A DNA stretch of 64,000 nucleotides from Phoronis australis (GCA_002633005.1 NMRA01000686.1:62001-126000); one strand, 5' to 3'; shown: positions 26,791 through 41,287, counted from the stretch's first letter. Notes: a model not told the origin generated them from the letters alone. Translations and numbers: made by a program.

Positions 26791-29700
26791 GTGTGGATGT
26801 TGGCCAGGTTACGGAATGTTTTCATTAAAAATTAAAATATTTTACATCTTTATTTATTCGCTTAATGCATTATTCAGACCACAACATTAGCTTACAAAAA
26901 TTAGTCATATTTGAAAAGTTGATCGTTTTTCAAATAGATCATTTATGAAATTAATGCCACTTACATTCCACTTTACTTTAATCATGTTTTCCACCAATGA
27001 GAGCGAATTCAAACATAAAGGAAGATAAGTTTTACGTTTGCTCGTCTTAGTATTGATTTAAATTCAGCTGAAAAAGCAGACACACTTCCAAGAGCGATTT
27101 ATGTAATTTGCGCTACTAAGTCATATGTATAGGCTCCTCCTAAAATACCAATTTACATCGCCCAGTAAGCTTGGACTAAGGAGGGTTTCTTTTCATGCCG
27201 TACGTCTAAGTCATGTCACTTATGTTTTTTTGCAATTTTGCCCCGGTTGTCACTCCAGATTAAGCCAAGGAAAATATTTCATTAATAATCATGTGTTAGC
27301 AGTGCTGTGTTAATGACGTAGTAGAGGTAGCATATGCGACGGACACCGCAGTTTTGTCGCTCCGAGCTCAAAGGGTATTTAGAGGCACCAATATCATAAA
27401 TGTATACCTTTTTCTACGCCTATGAAAGTACTGAGACCTGAGGTGATGCAAACTTGGAAACTTGTGTTGGGCGGCCATCGTTTTTGTGAAGTCAAGGTGG
27501 CGGTGTTCACAATATTCCAGGGGCTAGTGTTGATCAAAGCTTAAGCGCGCACACAAAACCCGTGCCATTACAAGTGCACACACTCAACGCGGCATCCAAT
27601 GACTTGAAATCAATCTTGAATTAACCGTGAAGGATTTTGTAAAATTACGAGCGGCAAAGTCTGCTAAACTTGCGCAAAACGTGTATACCTGGTCACGTTG
27701 ACATTCTTGAAATGTTGACGTCCAGCTAAAGCGCGGGACCCCTGATTAGCGAACTGTGATTGAATTATCGTGATATTTTACACGTCGAACAACAGCTTTC
27801 ATTACACGGGTAACAATAGTTACAGTATGAGTCAACACACGTTGAAAGAAGAAGTACACTTCAAGCATTGAGGCTGAACCCAGATTTTCCAGGTACGGTG
27901 AATCAAGTACATGTATATGAAGGTCCTAGCTGGCGACGCAAACATTCCAGCACAGCGTAAGGCCTTATGGTCCACTGGAGTGAGAACACATGTGCGATGT
28001 TTATAGATCTTTAATGACATTTTGTCGAAAATCACAAAAAATCCTAACTTTAAAAACAAATTTAATATTTTAAAGACGTGTCGTAATTCATTTCCGGAGG
28101 TTTGGCTGATTGAGAACTATTTTTGCGAAAAGCTAGCGATTGTTGTATATGGAGCCAACAGCAATCTGGCTGGAAGGGAAACGCAGCCTAGCTTAAGACA
28201 TGTGATAACTTGTAGCTAAGGATATCTCGACCCACTTGTTGAACCCCAAACTCCGTTTGAGAACTTTAAAAGCATAGTGTTCTTAAGTTTTAAGAGAGAA
28301 CTTGTTTGCTACTCTGACAAAACGCCGAGGTTACGAAAGTGTGCAGAGCAGTAGGGCCTGAACTTTGGATCACTTCCGAAGCTTCAAATTTAAATAGTCT
28401 CGGAAAATATGCTCAATACTTTGTGGAAAGTCTAGCTGACGAATTACTTGTAGTTTAGCTTTGTGGACTGCTGAAAACCAAGCCAAGATCCAATGGAGAT
28501 GAAAATGTATCGGTATGTAACTGAAAACAGTTGGAACGCTGTTTTTCAAAAGATGTAATAGTCATTTCTTAAAAGAATATACAAGTGTCTCATTGTCAAT
28601 CATTTTCACTGAGATTGTTGTTGATAACCCTCTGTTCTGCTTTAAGTCAAAGGTCAGTTTAAACTAATTATGTACTTTTTTCATCGACAGTGTTTTCTTT
28701 AGTCGGAAATATTTTGTTTACACATTTGTGTTTGAAAGTATTAAATTTACAAGCAAGGGCTTAGGAATATTGCTGCCTTGCTTGATTTTTATGAAAGGCT
28801 TCTTCCAATGTTTTTAAATTGATCGATGCAAAGATGTGTCCCACATTGTTAACACAAAAGTACAAGAAGGTTCTGATGTCTTTCGATTCTGCTATCCTTA
28901 GCTTGATGACGCATTCACCGCCTGGTCTCGAAATACATGTACGCTTGTGCGCGTCTCCGTGTGTGTGTCAAGTATTATAATTGTTACTACAGTGATAGTA
29001 TTTCACTTACATGTATACTGACAATAATTTCATGGAAACCGTCAGCGACGCAACAGACGTGTCACACTTTATATTGATGTTGGCAAGGCAACTCGAAAAT
29101 TGTGAGAATTGAAAAAAATGACGGATGTACTAGTTGCCTTCTTTTCTTAGTTGCCGTATGACTGAGATTGTATAAGCATTACATGCTAGCATGCTAATTA
29201 CATCATTTTTGGCCGAAGTACGATTTGAAAACGGACAATTGCCGCACAAATAAAGAAGTTCGTGTTAACTTTGATTGTGCGGCTATGCTGTTCTTGAACC
29301 TGCTTAGGGTGAGACATTGACCACTTCAGTACAGACCACAAGTATTACAGATAAAACGACTCGGAATTCCTCCCCATGACGGCTAGGCGCAAGCCGAACT
29401 CATCGTCAGCCAGATGCCCTCCCTCGTTTTGACGAGAATGAAGTGGGACTGGCGCGAAAGTTAGTGCGGTGGCTCAGCTATTGTATAGTGAGATTTATAC
29501 CACAATATTAGCCTCGAATGGTAGATACAACCGTGTAATAACCTATACTGTCTTCTCACTAGTGAGATAACAATAATAATTTGGCGCGAAACCGAGGCCT
29601 CAAGAGTTTCGAGTCGCCGACTTTACCACTACACCACTGGCGTCATTGAACGTGAAAATAGAATACTTAAAGACAGCGTCCAGCGGCTAAAATACCTTTT

Positions 29701-32481
29701 GACACCAGAAATGCATGTATTATTCATAAAAATATTGTTTTAGCTTCTTACATACCACGGAAAGGAATTAATTGCGGCGCAAATTGCACCACTCACAATT
29801 CGTAGCCCTTCGAGCGCCCCAGAAAAAATCTAAACCAAAAAAGTGGTTCATATGAAGTCATCGTGGCCACGAATTTACTGTGGAGCCACACTGCGTAACA
29901 GCTGAGTGCCATTTCTAGGACGTTCTGCATTTGTCGATCTCTGGGCTAAAATGCCTCTTTGCGTGGTGTAGCAATGTCAGAGGCAATGGGATACATTTGC
30001 ACAACTTTCCCACCGATCACGTTGTGTGCCGTGCGTGGAATAGATCCGTATCCTGGCTACAAAATTTCCCGATCGGCAAGATCTGATTTAGGCTTGGTGC
30101 AAAGCTGTATACAAAATCTACAGCTTCTCGTCTGTTTGGGTAAAAAGGACTAAATAAAATCTGACGCAGAAATAGTGTCATTAAAAGCTGCACCGCTCTT
30201 TGAGTAAACCAAATTATTTACCGGTGTTGGAAGAGTTATTGTTCTAGGCCTAGTACCTCTCATCTACTGTTAAAATTGAAGTGCGCTCTTGGGAGTAAGC
30301 GTTTGGCGATTACGTCACCTGACCTGAACAGTTCCCCCCCCCGGTTTATTCTTCTATCAACTGTTCTTTGCTGCCACGAGGTTGCGTACTGTCACAACGA
30401 ATTGTCGGAACTGGTCTCATTTCGTCACAAGTTATTAGCCTTTTTAAGACCAACACACCGAATTTAGAACAAACTTTACTGCTGTGAAGCTGCTATCATG
30501 TCCCAAAAGTAGTCGCAATATTTTAGCACGGCTTGCGCGTTTCACGAGCGTACTGTTTCAAAAAGACAACAGACTTTCTTTGTTAGAAAACTCAAAAGGC
30601 CGAGAGTAATGCTAGAGAATGATGTTTATTAGACTGTTCTTCCCATAAACGACTGGCATTGAACGGGCAAGATGAGTGTCCGTATTGTCTCCCAGATTTT
30701 GCATGCACCCCGGTGGTCCGTCGTTGGCTCTGCGATATATCTTTCACGACGAGTTGACTAACACAACTCATACCCGGTCTGTAGGTAGGCCCATGGAATT
30801 TTGTGATACACTACAATCTATGGTCTATGCTTTAACAGAGCTCAAGTCACAGTGTTACCTAGCTGTATTTTGGCGATAGCCTTCAAACAGCTAGCTGGTT
30901 GCCTACAAAAATGTCTGCACTGTGCACTTCGACGTTTCGTGACACTGTTCCGGCCCAGAGTATAGGGAATCCGGCCCAAATCCGGAATATTCGGTCTGAT
31001 TTGGGTCGTTCCCGTAGGAATTCTGATACTGAATTTAAAACGTTCAATTGATTACAAATTCTTATGACTGGGTGTGTTTTCATGCAATACAGACTTTATT
31101 TCGTAGTTTTAATTCATTACAGACACGCACAATATTGTGTTGCAATTAAATTTTCAATTTGTTTAGCATGACCTATTACGGGTTTTAGCATTTCAAGGCG
31201 ACTTATTTTGAAAATTGAGTTTCTAATATAAAATTTTCACTGAATTTGAATATAGTTGCATTGTACGAAAATATCATGCTGATATGTGCTGTAAGCCAAA
31301 CGTTTCTAAGTATTTTGGACCAAATTAAATGCCCTGTTGTCGTCTATACCCATGCGGGACACACACTGGACAGCCGTCCGTATTGGAATCGCGCAGCTTT
31401 CACACCTTCGGCTTCGAAAAGACATCAATGGAAAGTTACTAACATCAAAGTTTTTGTATCAAACAAATTACACTTTATAATAAACATTGGGACATTGCTG
31501 ATAACAATTCAGACGAAGCGTTTTGTTTTTCCGGCTGTTTCGACGGCACCAGTAACAGTCCCGGGGATTCGCATACGGGCCCGTATTAGAATATGTGCTA
31601 AATAATTGCCGAGAATAAAAATTCTAAAGGCAGTGATTTTGATTAATTTTAATATTAACTGACTTGAAATGAAAAATTAACGTTTTTCCTTGATTTTCCA
31701 CGTATTTTGCACTAAAAAATATGTCATCTCCGATTCCAATGCTCTGGAGACACGGTGAAAGCCAAATTCGTTGCAATGATGTCATAGACTTCGATTAGTG
31801 CAAGCGCAATCTCATTTTTTGCGCTAAATGGGGTTCGTGATGAGGCTACTGTATTGTCGAAGGCCTAATTAATTAACGACTGGGGTATGCTATGACACAG
31901 TATTTTGATGTTTTCTTATCAATAAATGTATTTTAGATGTAAAAATAGTCATTTGGCACCATACTTGGCCTTTAAATGAGCACGCGCAACAATCGAATGT
32001 TCCGCAAAGGGCATTGCACCGACATTTACACGCTATGAAAAATAAGACGCATAATTTCCATAAAAGCAATATTTTAATTCAGTGAAATTTTTCTCTCGTG
32101 TTCTCTCACTTGTAAATCACTGATCTCCAAATTGAATGCAGGTGTCCTGAGGTCGGGATCCTTTGAATTGAGCATTATAGTCAGTTACTAGTGGTAACCT
32201 ATTTAGCAGACGATATTTTCCCGTTTTAAGCTTGGCGTGATAAAATGTGTAGTAAGCTATAATAGTTGCTAAACCTTAATTTATAGATTCACTTCATTTC
32301 TATTTTGTCTAAATTTTCAATTGGTTTTGAGTATAAGCATTATTTGACAAAAATAGCTCGGCTTAAAAGGTCACGACCTCCGACCCCGTGCCTATGACTT
32401 AGAAAGTAGTTACAAAGCCGACGTGAGTCGAGAAAGGTGATTCGATTCATTGCAATGTTTCTCGTTTAGTATGTTGTATAA

Positions 32482-32646
32482 ATAGATTACTACATGTTCT
32501 CAGTCGTTATCCCCCGTTATCTAGAGCCCTCGTGGATGTTGTAGAATTATCACCCTCGGGGCTAACGCCCCTCGAGGGATAATTCTCCAAAATCCACTCG
32601 GGCTTTAGATAACGGGGGATAACGACTTCGCCATGTAATAATCTAT
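32482..32646. repeat. ~165-bp near-perfect palindrome, palindromic MITE (second copy ~34174-34337)
   Basis: atagattactacatg...gtcgttatcccccgttatctagagccc / gggctttagataacgggggataacgac...catgtaataatctat. Confidence 0.85.
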
Positions 32647-33207
32647 GTTTATCCCAACGGCATGTCGTAGTTATTACCACTAACCCTTGGTTTAAACATA
32701 ATTTGCTGCAATTGACGGGGAATTGGTATTTTGTCTGATCATTATAATTGCCTAATGTAATATATCACAGAGTGCCTAAAATGCAGATTTAAGGCCGGAA
32801 AATCGCAACGAAACAGTCATGACTGAAATTGGGCAGATAGAAAAAAATGAGTTGTTAAATAAATCCACTGTATTACTGAGATACTTTAGTATTCAGCTAC
32901 CATATAACACCAGCAGCCATTAAAATATGACTGGAGTATTCATCACATGATTATCTTGATAAGTGTATATTCAATACAGACTGCTACGAAGATCTTTTAA
33001 GGCTTTACAGCAGCTATACAAGGTATCACAAAATGTTCAAATTCAAAATCTGAAATAAAAATAACAATACACGGTTTTGCTGGGCATGCGTGCTTTAACA
33101 GTGACAAGATTTGAGATTTCCAGAGATTGTTTGGTGAGGGTCATGCCAGCATCTAATTCTGCTGAGGTGGTTAAGGTTGCTGGCCTAATGTGTCTGCACT
33201 TAGCTCA

Positions 33208-33519
33208 CTACTTGGGCCGTCCTCCGGGGAAGATATCTTGACACAAGTTGGCGTCTTGCTGATAAATAAAATCATAGATGCACTCTACTCTGACTCCTTG
33301 CTCAACGGTATCCAGATGGAATTGACCTGGTGGCAACACTATATTATGTCCACTCGTGTGCATGACAGCCAAACACGCCTCCTGTTGGTCGTCAGCTACA
33401 AACCCTGGGCTTCCTGAGCTGCCGGGTCCGAACCTTGAGCTAGATTGGTAAAGCACTCGACGTCTGTCAGCTAATGTGTTGTACGTTTCGTTGTTAGATT
33501 GCGTGTATAGTTGAAGAAG
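33208..33519 (-). CDS. Duplicate terminal exon of the ankyrin/FAM111-like protease gene (catalytic Ser, GSSGSP)
   Basis: Intact acceptor ttgcag and open frame LLQLYTQ...FGPGSSGSPGF...AVMHTSG...EQGV...FPGGRPK*. Confidence 0.65.
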   Translation of the reverse strand, partial: LLQLYTQSNNETYNTLADRRRVLYQSSSRFGPGSSGSPGFVADDQQEACLAVMHTSGHNIVLPPGQFHLDTVEQGVRVECIYDFIYQQDANLCQDIFPGGRPK

Positions 33520-33687
33520 CTGCAATTGTAATAAACTGAATCAAAAAAAACGGTGTCTTATACGAATGAATAGTGACTGCCACACATCATTGCCACGTTT
33601 TGAACACACTAGCTCATGCACTGATATATACGCTGTACCCGTCTCGTGTCGAACTTTTCTTCAGCCTACGTACTGGTATGAAAACTG

Positions 33688-34088
33688 GGCCGTGTCTCTA
33701 AGCTTTGTACTCGAAACGAACTCGAAACTATTTTTGGCAATTTCTCTCCTCCTTTTGTGCGAACTTAAGATAATTGGTTATCAGACTGTGCTCGAATACA
33801 TTATAGTTTATGCATAGGAGTTTCTAGTTCAAGTTTCCCCTTAAAGACCCTTATATTCGTGCTACAAACTCGAGTAAAAACTTGAAATTTCGAGTTCCAA
33901 CTCAAACTTATTGCTTTAATATTGGGTTTAAAAACTGTGAACTAAGGGCAATAAATTATCTACGTAAGTTATTGTGTACTCGAGCATAGAATAATAGACA
34001 CTTATCTTGAGTTCGCCCAAAAGTAGAGTAGAAAATGCCAAACCTAATTTCGAGTTCCATTTCGAGTAAAAAGATTGGAGACCGGGCC
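33688..34088. mobile_element. PIF/Harbinger-type MITE, 401 bp, CTG target-site duplication
   Basis: Imperfect TIRs ggccgtgtctctaagctttgtactcgaaa / tttcgagtaaaaagattggagaccgggcc; ctg on both sides; empty site gaaaactggtctc at ~35370. Confidence 0.85.
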
Positions 34089-34904
34089 CTGNAGAAAGTA
34101 GTTACAAAGCCGACGTGAGTCGAGAAAGGTGATTCGATTCATTGCAATGTTTCTCGTTTAGTATGTTGTATAAATAGATTACTACATGTTCTCAGTCGTT
34201 ACCCCCCTTATCTAGAGCCCTCGTGGATGTTGTAGAATTATCACCCTCGGGGCTAACGCCCCTCGGGCCGTAATTCTCCAAAATCCACTCGGGCTTTAGA
34301 TAACGGGGGATAACGACTTCGCCATGTAATAATCTATGTTTATCCCAACGGCATGTCGTAGTTATTACCACTAACCCTTGGTTTAAACATAATTTGCTGC
34401 AACTGACGGGGAATTGGTATTTTGTCTGATCATTATAATTGCCTAATGTAATATATCACAGAGTGTCTGAAATGCAGATTTAAGGCCGGAAAATCGCAAC
34501 GAAACAGTCATGACTGAAATTGGGCAGATAGAAAAAAAAATGAGTTGTTAAATAAATCCACTGTATTACTGAAATACTTTAGTATTCAGCTACCATATAA
34601 CACCAGCAGCCATTAAAATATGACTGGAGTATTGATCACATGATTATCTTGACAAGTGTATATTAATTACAGACTGCTACGAAGATCTTTTAAGGCTTTG
34701 CAGCAGCTATACAAGGTATCACAAAATGTTCAAATTCAAAATCTGAAATAAAAATAACAATAAACGGTTTTGCTGGACATGCGTGCTTTAACAGTGACAA
34801 GATTTAAGATTTCCAGAGATTGTGTTGTGAGGGTCATGCCAGCATCTAATTCTGCTGAGGTGGTTAAGGTTGCTGGCCTAATATTGTGTCTGCACTTAGC
34901 TCGA

Positions 34905-35216
34905 CTACTTGGGGCGTCCTCCGGGGAAGATACGGTGACACAAGTTGGCGTCTTGCTGATAAATAAAATCATAGATGCACTCTACTCTCACTCCTTGCTC
35001 AACGGTATCCAGATGGAATTGACCTGGTGGCAACACTATATTATGTCCGCTCGTGTGCATGACAGCCAAACACGCCTCCTGTTGGTCGTCAGCTACAAAC
35101 CCTGGGCTTCCTGAGCTGCCGGGTCCGAACCTTGAACTGGATTGGTAAAGCACTCGACGTCTGTCAGCTAATGTCTTGTACGTTTCGTTGTTAGAATGTG
35201 TGTATAGTTGAAGAAG
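34905..35216 (-). CDS. Terminal exon of the ankyrin/FAM111-like serine protease (catalytic Ser)
   Basis: Phase-0 acceptor matches the phase-0 donor at 36503; RRVLYQSSSRFGPGSSGSPGF...AVMHTSG...VEQGV matches the FAM111/Trypsin_2 C-terminal barrel. Confidence 0.9.
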   Translation of the reverse strand, partial: LLQLYTHSNNETYKTLADRRRVLYQSSSRFGPGSSGSPGFVADDQQEACLAVMHTSGHNIVLPPGQFHLDTVEQGVRVECIYDFIYQQDANLCHRIFPGGRPK

Positions 35217-36502
35217 CTGCAATTGTAATAAACTGAATCAAAAAAACGGTGTCTTATACGAATGACTGCCACCCATCCATTGCCACGTTTTGAACACACT
35301 AGCTCATGCACTGATATATACGCTGTACCCGTCTCGTGTCAAACTTTTCTTAAACCTACTTACTGGCATGAAAACTGGTCTCAAATGGATTCCAACTCAA
35401 ATTTGATGTGATTTTGTACTTATATAAGTTAATTATTTAAAGTCGCTTCCAAAGCGCAAATCACTTGAATTTGAGCTTAGCCAGTACACAGCACTTATCG
35501 ATACAACTGGACTTATACCTCACATAAAATGGGCAGTCCTGTCAAGTCAACGTATTGTGAGATTAGGGATTTTTTTTAGAAAATTAACTTAGCCAAGTCG
35601 AAAGTTAAATTTCAGTCAATTTTAACATCAAACAAAAAAATTTCTAAAGTTTGTTTCACTGAAGAAAGACATCGTAAGTTTGTAAGATTTTGTCTTAATT
35701 TCGACTAACTTACCGGATGTAGAAGTCCCGAAATTGAAAAAAATCTTAGACTTAAGGCAGAAAGGAGCTTGGGTCGTTTACGTGGAAGGGGGCCGTGTGG
35801 CTGGTTGCATGAAACAGTATGAATTAGGGACTCAACTAAGGTCCCTAAATCTTTTTGCGTATTTGTGTCTTTATGGATAATATAACTAAAAAACTGAGCC
35901 CAGAGTCTATTGAAAATAAATAGGGACTCGGCCATTTACTTTGAGGTGTTGTGTGAAAAGATCCCCAATTATTTTTGATATTGACAATTCAGCGTAGAGT
36001 TCACTCTGGATTAACAGCAAAAGTTGACTTAGTAATGAAACTTAAACAATTTAAGAAAAAGTAATCGGTATTTTCACAAGAACAACATTACTCAGTATAT
36101 TTAGGGAGCATATTTGAGTCCCCATTTGGGACTTTCAAGCTACAAGGTGTTGGTCTCTAACATGCTCAGTTCTTTCTGAGAACGGAACAGTGTGAGAGGT
36201 AATAACCGGATGAACTCGATATTTACAGTTCATCATAGAAACTTTATACAGGGTTTTGTTTTGTAAAAATTAGAAAAGTTTACTGCCCTGTCGCCATCAC
36301 CCGTGTGGAATCCAAATACGAGTAAGATGTTTTTGTCAGATCGAAACACTTCAGTTAATTCTAAAAGCGCCGAGTCGTGCAGCAAACTAGCGGTGTCCAA
36401 CATAACTGTATGCGGAGTATTAAGTATTCAATCCCACAATGCATGTGAAAACGAGTGCAACACATTTTGTTTGACCAAGCAATAGAGTCACGCCACTTGT
36501 AC

Positions 36503-36828
36503 CTTTGCTCTATGCATGTCGGATAAGTGCTCAATTTTACATTGAGTATCCAAAACCTTCTCTTGACCGTCAGGATGGCCCGCAAAGTGCAGGTATTCCT
36601 GTCCCACGATAACTTTAAAACTAGTCAGTGCTGTCGGCAGCGAATGCTTGTTTAGCCTCTGACACTGATTGAAGGCTGCCGGAAGTGCAGCGTTGAAATC
36701 TAGATCCACGATAGCCACGTCGAGGTCATCGTCACAAGCTAAGACTGAGAGGATGGGCGCTGCTTGGACTGAGCTCATACATTGCATTAATGCCTTGTTA
36801 AAGTGAAAGAGAACAGCGTTGCTTCCGA
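36503..36828 (-). CDS. Protease exon with catalytic Asp (DDDLDVAIVDL) and GHPDGQEKVLDTQC
   Basis: ctctctgtttcag acceptor, gtacaa donor; LDxA and GHPxGxxKxxDxC motifs characteristic of FAM111-type proteases. Confidence 0.9.
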
Positions 36829-39800
36829 CTGAAACAGAGAGACAAAATAAATGATAGAGTACACTGTAGAAATCGGGAACCACACTGTGGTGCTACATGT
36901 AAATGGGACATCTCGGAGACAAAAGTAATTTTCTGAATATAGTAGCGCAAAATCGAACCAAACAGCTCAGGGGAAGCAGCCTAACGCTCTGCCGCCAGGC
37001 GAAATTCTGTACGTTAACTAGATTTACATGTACATATAGCTTATATTAAGAGCGTTGAAATAGTAAAGATACCTGCTGATATCATCGAATGTCTCACAGA
37101 CAACAGGGAGAATGGGCGAATCGAAAGAAAGTCAAAAACAAACATGGGATGTTATTGTTTCATAGCTACATGTATGATCAAAGTTAATAACTTCAAGGTG
37201 TCTAACCATTCCAGCAATAATCCTAAAGAGGCCGTCGTAAAACCGGCAATGAGGTGATTTACAAATCAAATCCAACTTGAATCGTTCAGTTAGTCCATGT
37301 TTTTGCAAAATATAAAAAGCTATGAGTGTAGGGATATTCAAACTAGACGACTGTATTCAAGTAATTTGTAAGTCCGCTTCGTGAGTGGTGATGTGGAGCC
37401 GGAAACTACATGGCACTGGATGAAGTATTTAGTTTGATGGGTCATCACGAGGTGACGATCACTACGAAAATTATTAACTCTAACAAGCGATTCTCTGAAA
37501 GTCAGTTACATCATACCAGGAAGAGATAAGCAGGGCATACCAATTTTGTACGCTACAGGCCAACTAGTCCAACCATCACTGGTTTTGGGTATATTATTTT
37601 CAAGTTTTGCATTTTAGGGATAATAGAGAGATTAAAATGGCACACGCAAACTCATATGGTCCCATGCTACGATGTTACCAGGGAATGACGTCACAACCGA
37701 AGAGGAGTTAATGCAGCGTTCAACTTCAAGCCATGTTTTCTGTCACCATTTTTTAATATAGGTCACGTGATGTTCTGATGCTGGTGTGGCCAACATAGGG
37801 ACGGTTGGTGGGATTGCACAGAACTCTTTCGTTCTTTATTCAGACCGACGAGTGACCTCAGATTTTATGAGCTTTGCTGGAATGAGGAATCATGATTTAA
37901 GAATTAAGAATTAAGAATTTTTATTTAACGTCGTTCGAAGAACAGATTGCCATTAGCCGGTTAAGCTAATTGTACGACGTTAAATTTAACAGAAACATGA
38001 AGAAAATGGAACTTAAGAAGAGCTTGACATAATGAGCTGCAGGTAGATGGGACAGGAATTCTGAAAAAGGGGGTTGAGATTTTTCCAGCTCATACCAAGA
38101 CGCAAAATACAACCTGGAATTTCCAACGTACGCGAACTGAGTATTCACACTTCTAGTCAGATACCTGTCAAATATAAAGCAACTCGTGTGAATCCGACCG
38201 TTATTGGTTTCTTAACAAATCAAACTCAATTTTCCGGGAATGGCCCTCCCGATGACTTGTCAACATGTTGCATGAACATGGGATAATGTATAATCGATCT
38301 TTGACGCGTTTCATTGGCTAATGTTTTTGGCTACTTATGAAAATTTCCATATGTGCCGAAGAAAGTTTCGCATCACGGCATAACACGTGATGAAACAAAT
38401 GACAGCGGTGTTTCTACTAACTCTTAAATGATTAACATACCATTTTTTGGTGGGAAAATGTTTATCTTTCGCTTAAGATGCCCTCTTCAAATATCCTGAT
38501 ATCTCACTGCGACACTGGTCGGTCTTGTTGTTAGAGCGCAAGCGAACCAGTGGCAGGCGATCATTACTTGGAAATATGCCTCTGAGGGTCTCTTTCTTTA
38601 TGGCAAAGATTTCAAACGTGACGATGGCCATCTTACTAATCGTCAAAGGGCAGCCACGTCTTTACTTTCATCTGAGTACTTTTTGAGTCGCCAAGAAATT
38701 CTCAAACAATTAATTGTTTCTAGGTCTACTTGCGCGACAGTCGTCTGTCGCATGTTGTTGCCAACGAAAAATTGCAGGCCTACGTCAGTGATTCAAGTGC
38801 ATGAACTTAAGCGTGTGCACCACTCCGCTGCACATCAAAAGAAAACAGCGACAGCCCTAAATGTACGTGTATACCGTATTGGCTCTGTTAAGCACCCTCG
38901 TGTCATTGGTTTATTTGACAATGAACTTAGAATTTCCCGGCGTCTATAAAATACCCGATTCTTAACAATATTTCCTGGGACCGAGGTAGCCCAGAACTGA
39001 TATTTTCGTGTTTTGATGTTCCCCATGTCGATGTTCACTAGGACCGATGTTCAATGGCCATAGCCAGCTATTGGGCAACTAAGTTGCGAAAAGCGAAATT
39101 GTGGTAACGGAAAGATTTAGTATTCTCTTCATGCACCTCTGCCATTTGTTTTGCTCCCGGACCACGCTGTAAACTAATTTTCAGACTCCAATAGAAAGAA
39201 TCTTGTTCCTGATGAAGTGGGCCATTAAAAACAAGATTATTGGGGGTGGCTAAAACTGGTACATTGAAGGTTTTAACGAAAGCCAGAACGTTAGTTTCTC
39301 GAAATGTATCATAATAACACTTCTTACTAATGCAGTCTTTCGATATCTTATTAATAAGCACTTACTGCTCTACTAAGCCTTCCCGTCAAAATTGGAGAAT
39401 TTCCAATTAAGACCCAACAGTTCAGGCTAGGGCCCGTCATAGCTCACTACAAACGACAGTGCGTATTTTGAAATTGACACGCAGCCTATGGAGTGAGTCA
39501 CTCTCATTTTACGAGAAATTCAGTTTTCAAAAACATACTTTCTCAATATTTGAAAACAAAACCCCGGCTTTGTTTTATACCTCCGAAAGAAAGTTAACAC
39601 TAGTGACATTCGTGTCGTTTTGTGACTGACCTATTTTTCCCATACATGGAAAGTGTCGGGAAGCCAACTTGAATTACCCCCATGGGAACCTGCACGGAAC
39701 TGAGAATTATTTCGAGGCTTTTCTTGTGAAATTTGCACTCAACTGACATGCGATGCGCGTTGTAAAACTAATAATCCTCAGTAATAACGCACGGAGTTCT

Positions 39801-41287
39801 TTTAATGGCACGGTTTGTAAGAATGAGCGCCTTTTGACAAATACATGTAGAGTTAAACTCAACGCATTTTGTCGCAAGATATGCAGAGTAAGGTAAAAAC
39901 GGCAACGAAGCTGGATGTAACTGTGGGAACCCAGCTATGAAGTGTGAGGCAAATTCACCAAAATGGCACTATGTCCATTAGAAAACATTTTTCCAATTCG
40001 GAAACTTTTTTTTTTTTATTTTTAGTATTTTTATTTTCTCTAGCATGGGTATTTACAATTTACACGACACAATAAACAATACAGTATACAAGTACATTAG
40101 TTGCAACAAATTATCGTCAAGTATCACCATTTGGTATACAGAACATAAATACAGATATGTAAGAAAAAAATCAAGCCATTCTCATCCTTAACATACACGC
40201 CACACGCACCCGCCCCCCCNGAATAAGTTTTGGCACCATCAAGGTCTTCACCACCGTAACTTTCCCGAAAAAGGAGATTTTTCTTCTAGACCAAATTTTG
40301 ATAAGATTATTGATTTCATCAATTCGGAAACTTGATTTGAAAACATAATCTGTTTAAGATCAAATGTTTTCATGTTCAACTAAATGATTTTGGGAAGTGC
40401 CCACTTGGGAAACCCCGTTCCAGAAGAGAGAGTCTTTGACTAGATGACGTGGATGTGACAACGGGTTGCAGTGCGTATCCAGAGCTAGAGTAGGGGGCAA
40501 CCAAAAGTCAGAAGGACCTGCATTTAGTAACACAAATGTACTAAAAGATGCTGCCATCTGGCGTGTTAATGCTCAGTTCGAATCGCCAACCCTCTCAAGC
40601 ACCCTTCCGCGTTCAACTTGCTAAAACCTCAGGTTTGTCTTTCTTACAATTTATTGACTGACTCTAGATCCGCCTATGCACCAAATACCGAGACGAGCAG
40701 ACAGACATTATTTCAACACAGCTGGTGACGACAACATGTGTCGCTGTTCGCAGCACATATCATCGCCGATAGGTATCGATGTTGACGTAATGTCGGGTGA
40801 CATTGTCGAGTGCGACAACGTGGCTTCTGCTTGTCACAAAGCCCAGGCCGTCCAACTCATATACTTCACAAAACTATATGTAGTAGGCTCCACTGAATTT
40901 TCAGTACAGGCTTGCCGAAAGAATCAATCCTGCATATTTGTCACTTAGTAAAATGACATTTCTCCCAAAACTATAGGGCAAAATCAAATAGTGGAAATAA
41001 GATAATGAGGGCTTAGACTACGGTGCGCCTTAAATTCTGAAGTGTTTATGAAAAACAACGTTCTCGAGATGTCTGTGTTGATTCCCTTACACACAGAGTT
41101 AAAATGTACATGTAGCAGTGGTATCATCTAGGTAGGAATTGTGAATGACAATGGCACTGGATACCTGTATGCCACTGTACTGTATATAAAGATAAATGAA
41201 CTTCAAACCGAGATCTCAAAAAGACATTCTGTTAGCGTTTTCAAATTTTGCCAAGCCGACTTAGCTGGTGCATCTGCTTGTACTTAC

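Larger units (their letters stand above)
32401..35378. repeat. ~1.29-kb direct duplication (32401-33687 and 34093-35378) containing the protease terminal exon
   Basis: Both copies start agaaagtagttacaaagccg; separated by a MITE and an 'n' at 34092. Confidence 0.9.

Noticed and set aside
29960-30150. THAP-like words (CAVRG...KFP)
   Set aside because: Fragmentary, with no matching element termini identified
33190-35114. Plus-strand ORFs 33190-33417 and 34770-35114
   Set aside because: Antisense shadows of the protease terminal exon
40360-40557. Minus-strand ORF with a plausible acceptor inside the protease intron
   Set aside because: Its evident donor would be phase 0 while the next exon needs phase 1; direct 41288-to-36828 splicing already gives a plausible His-Asp spacing
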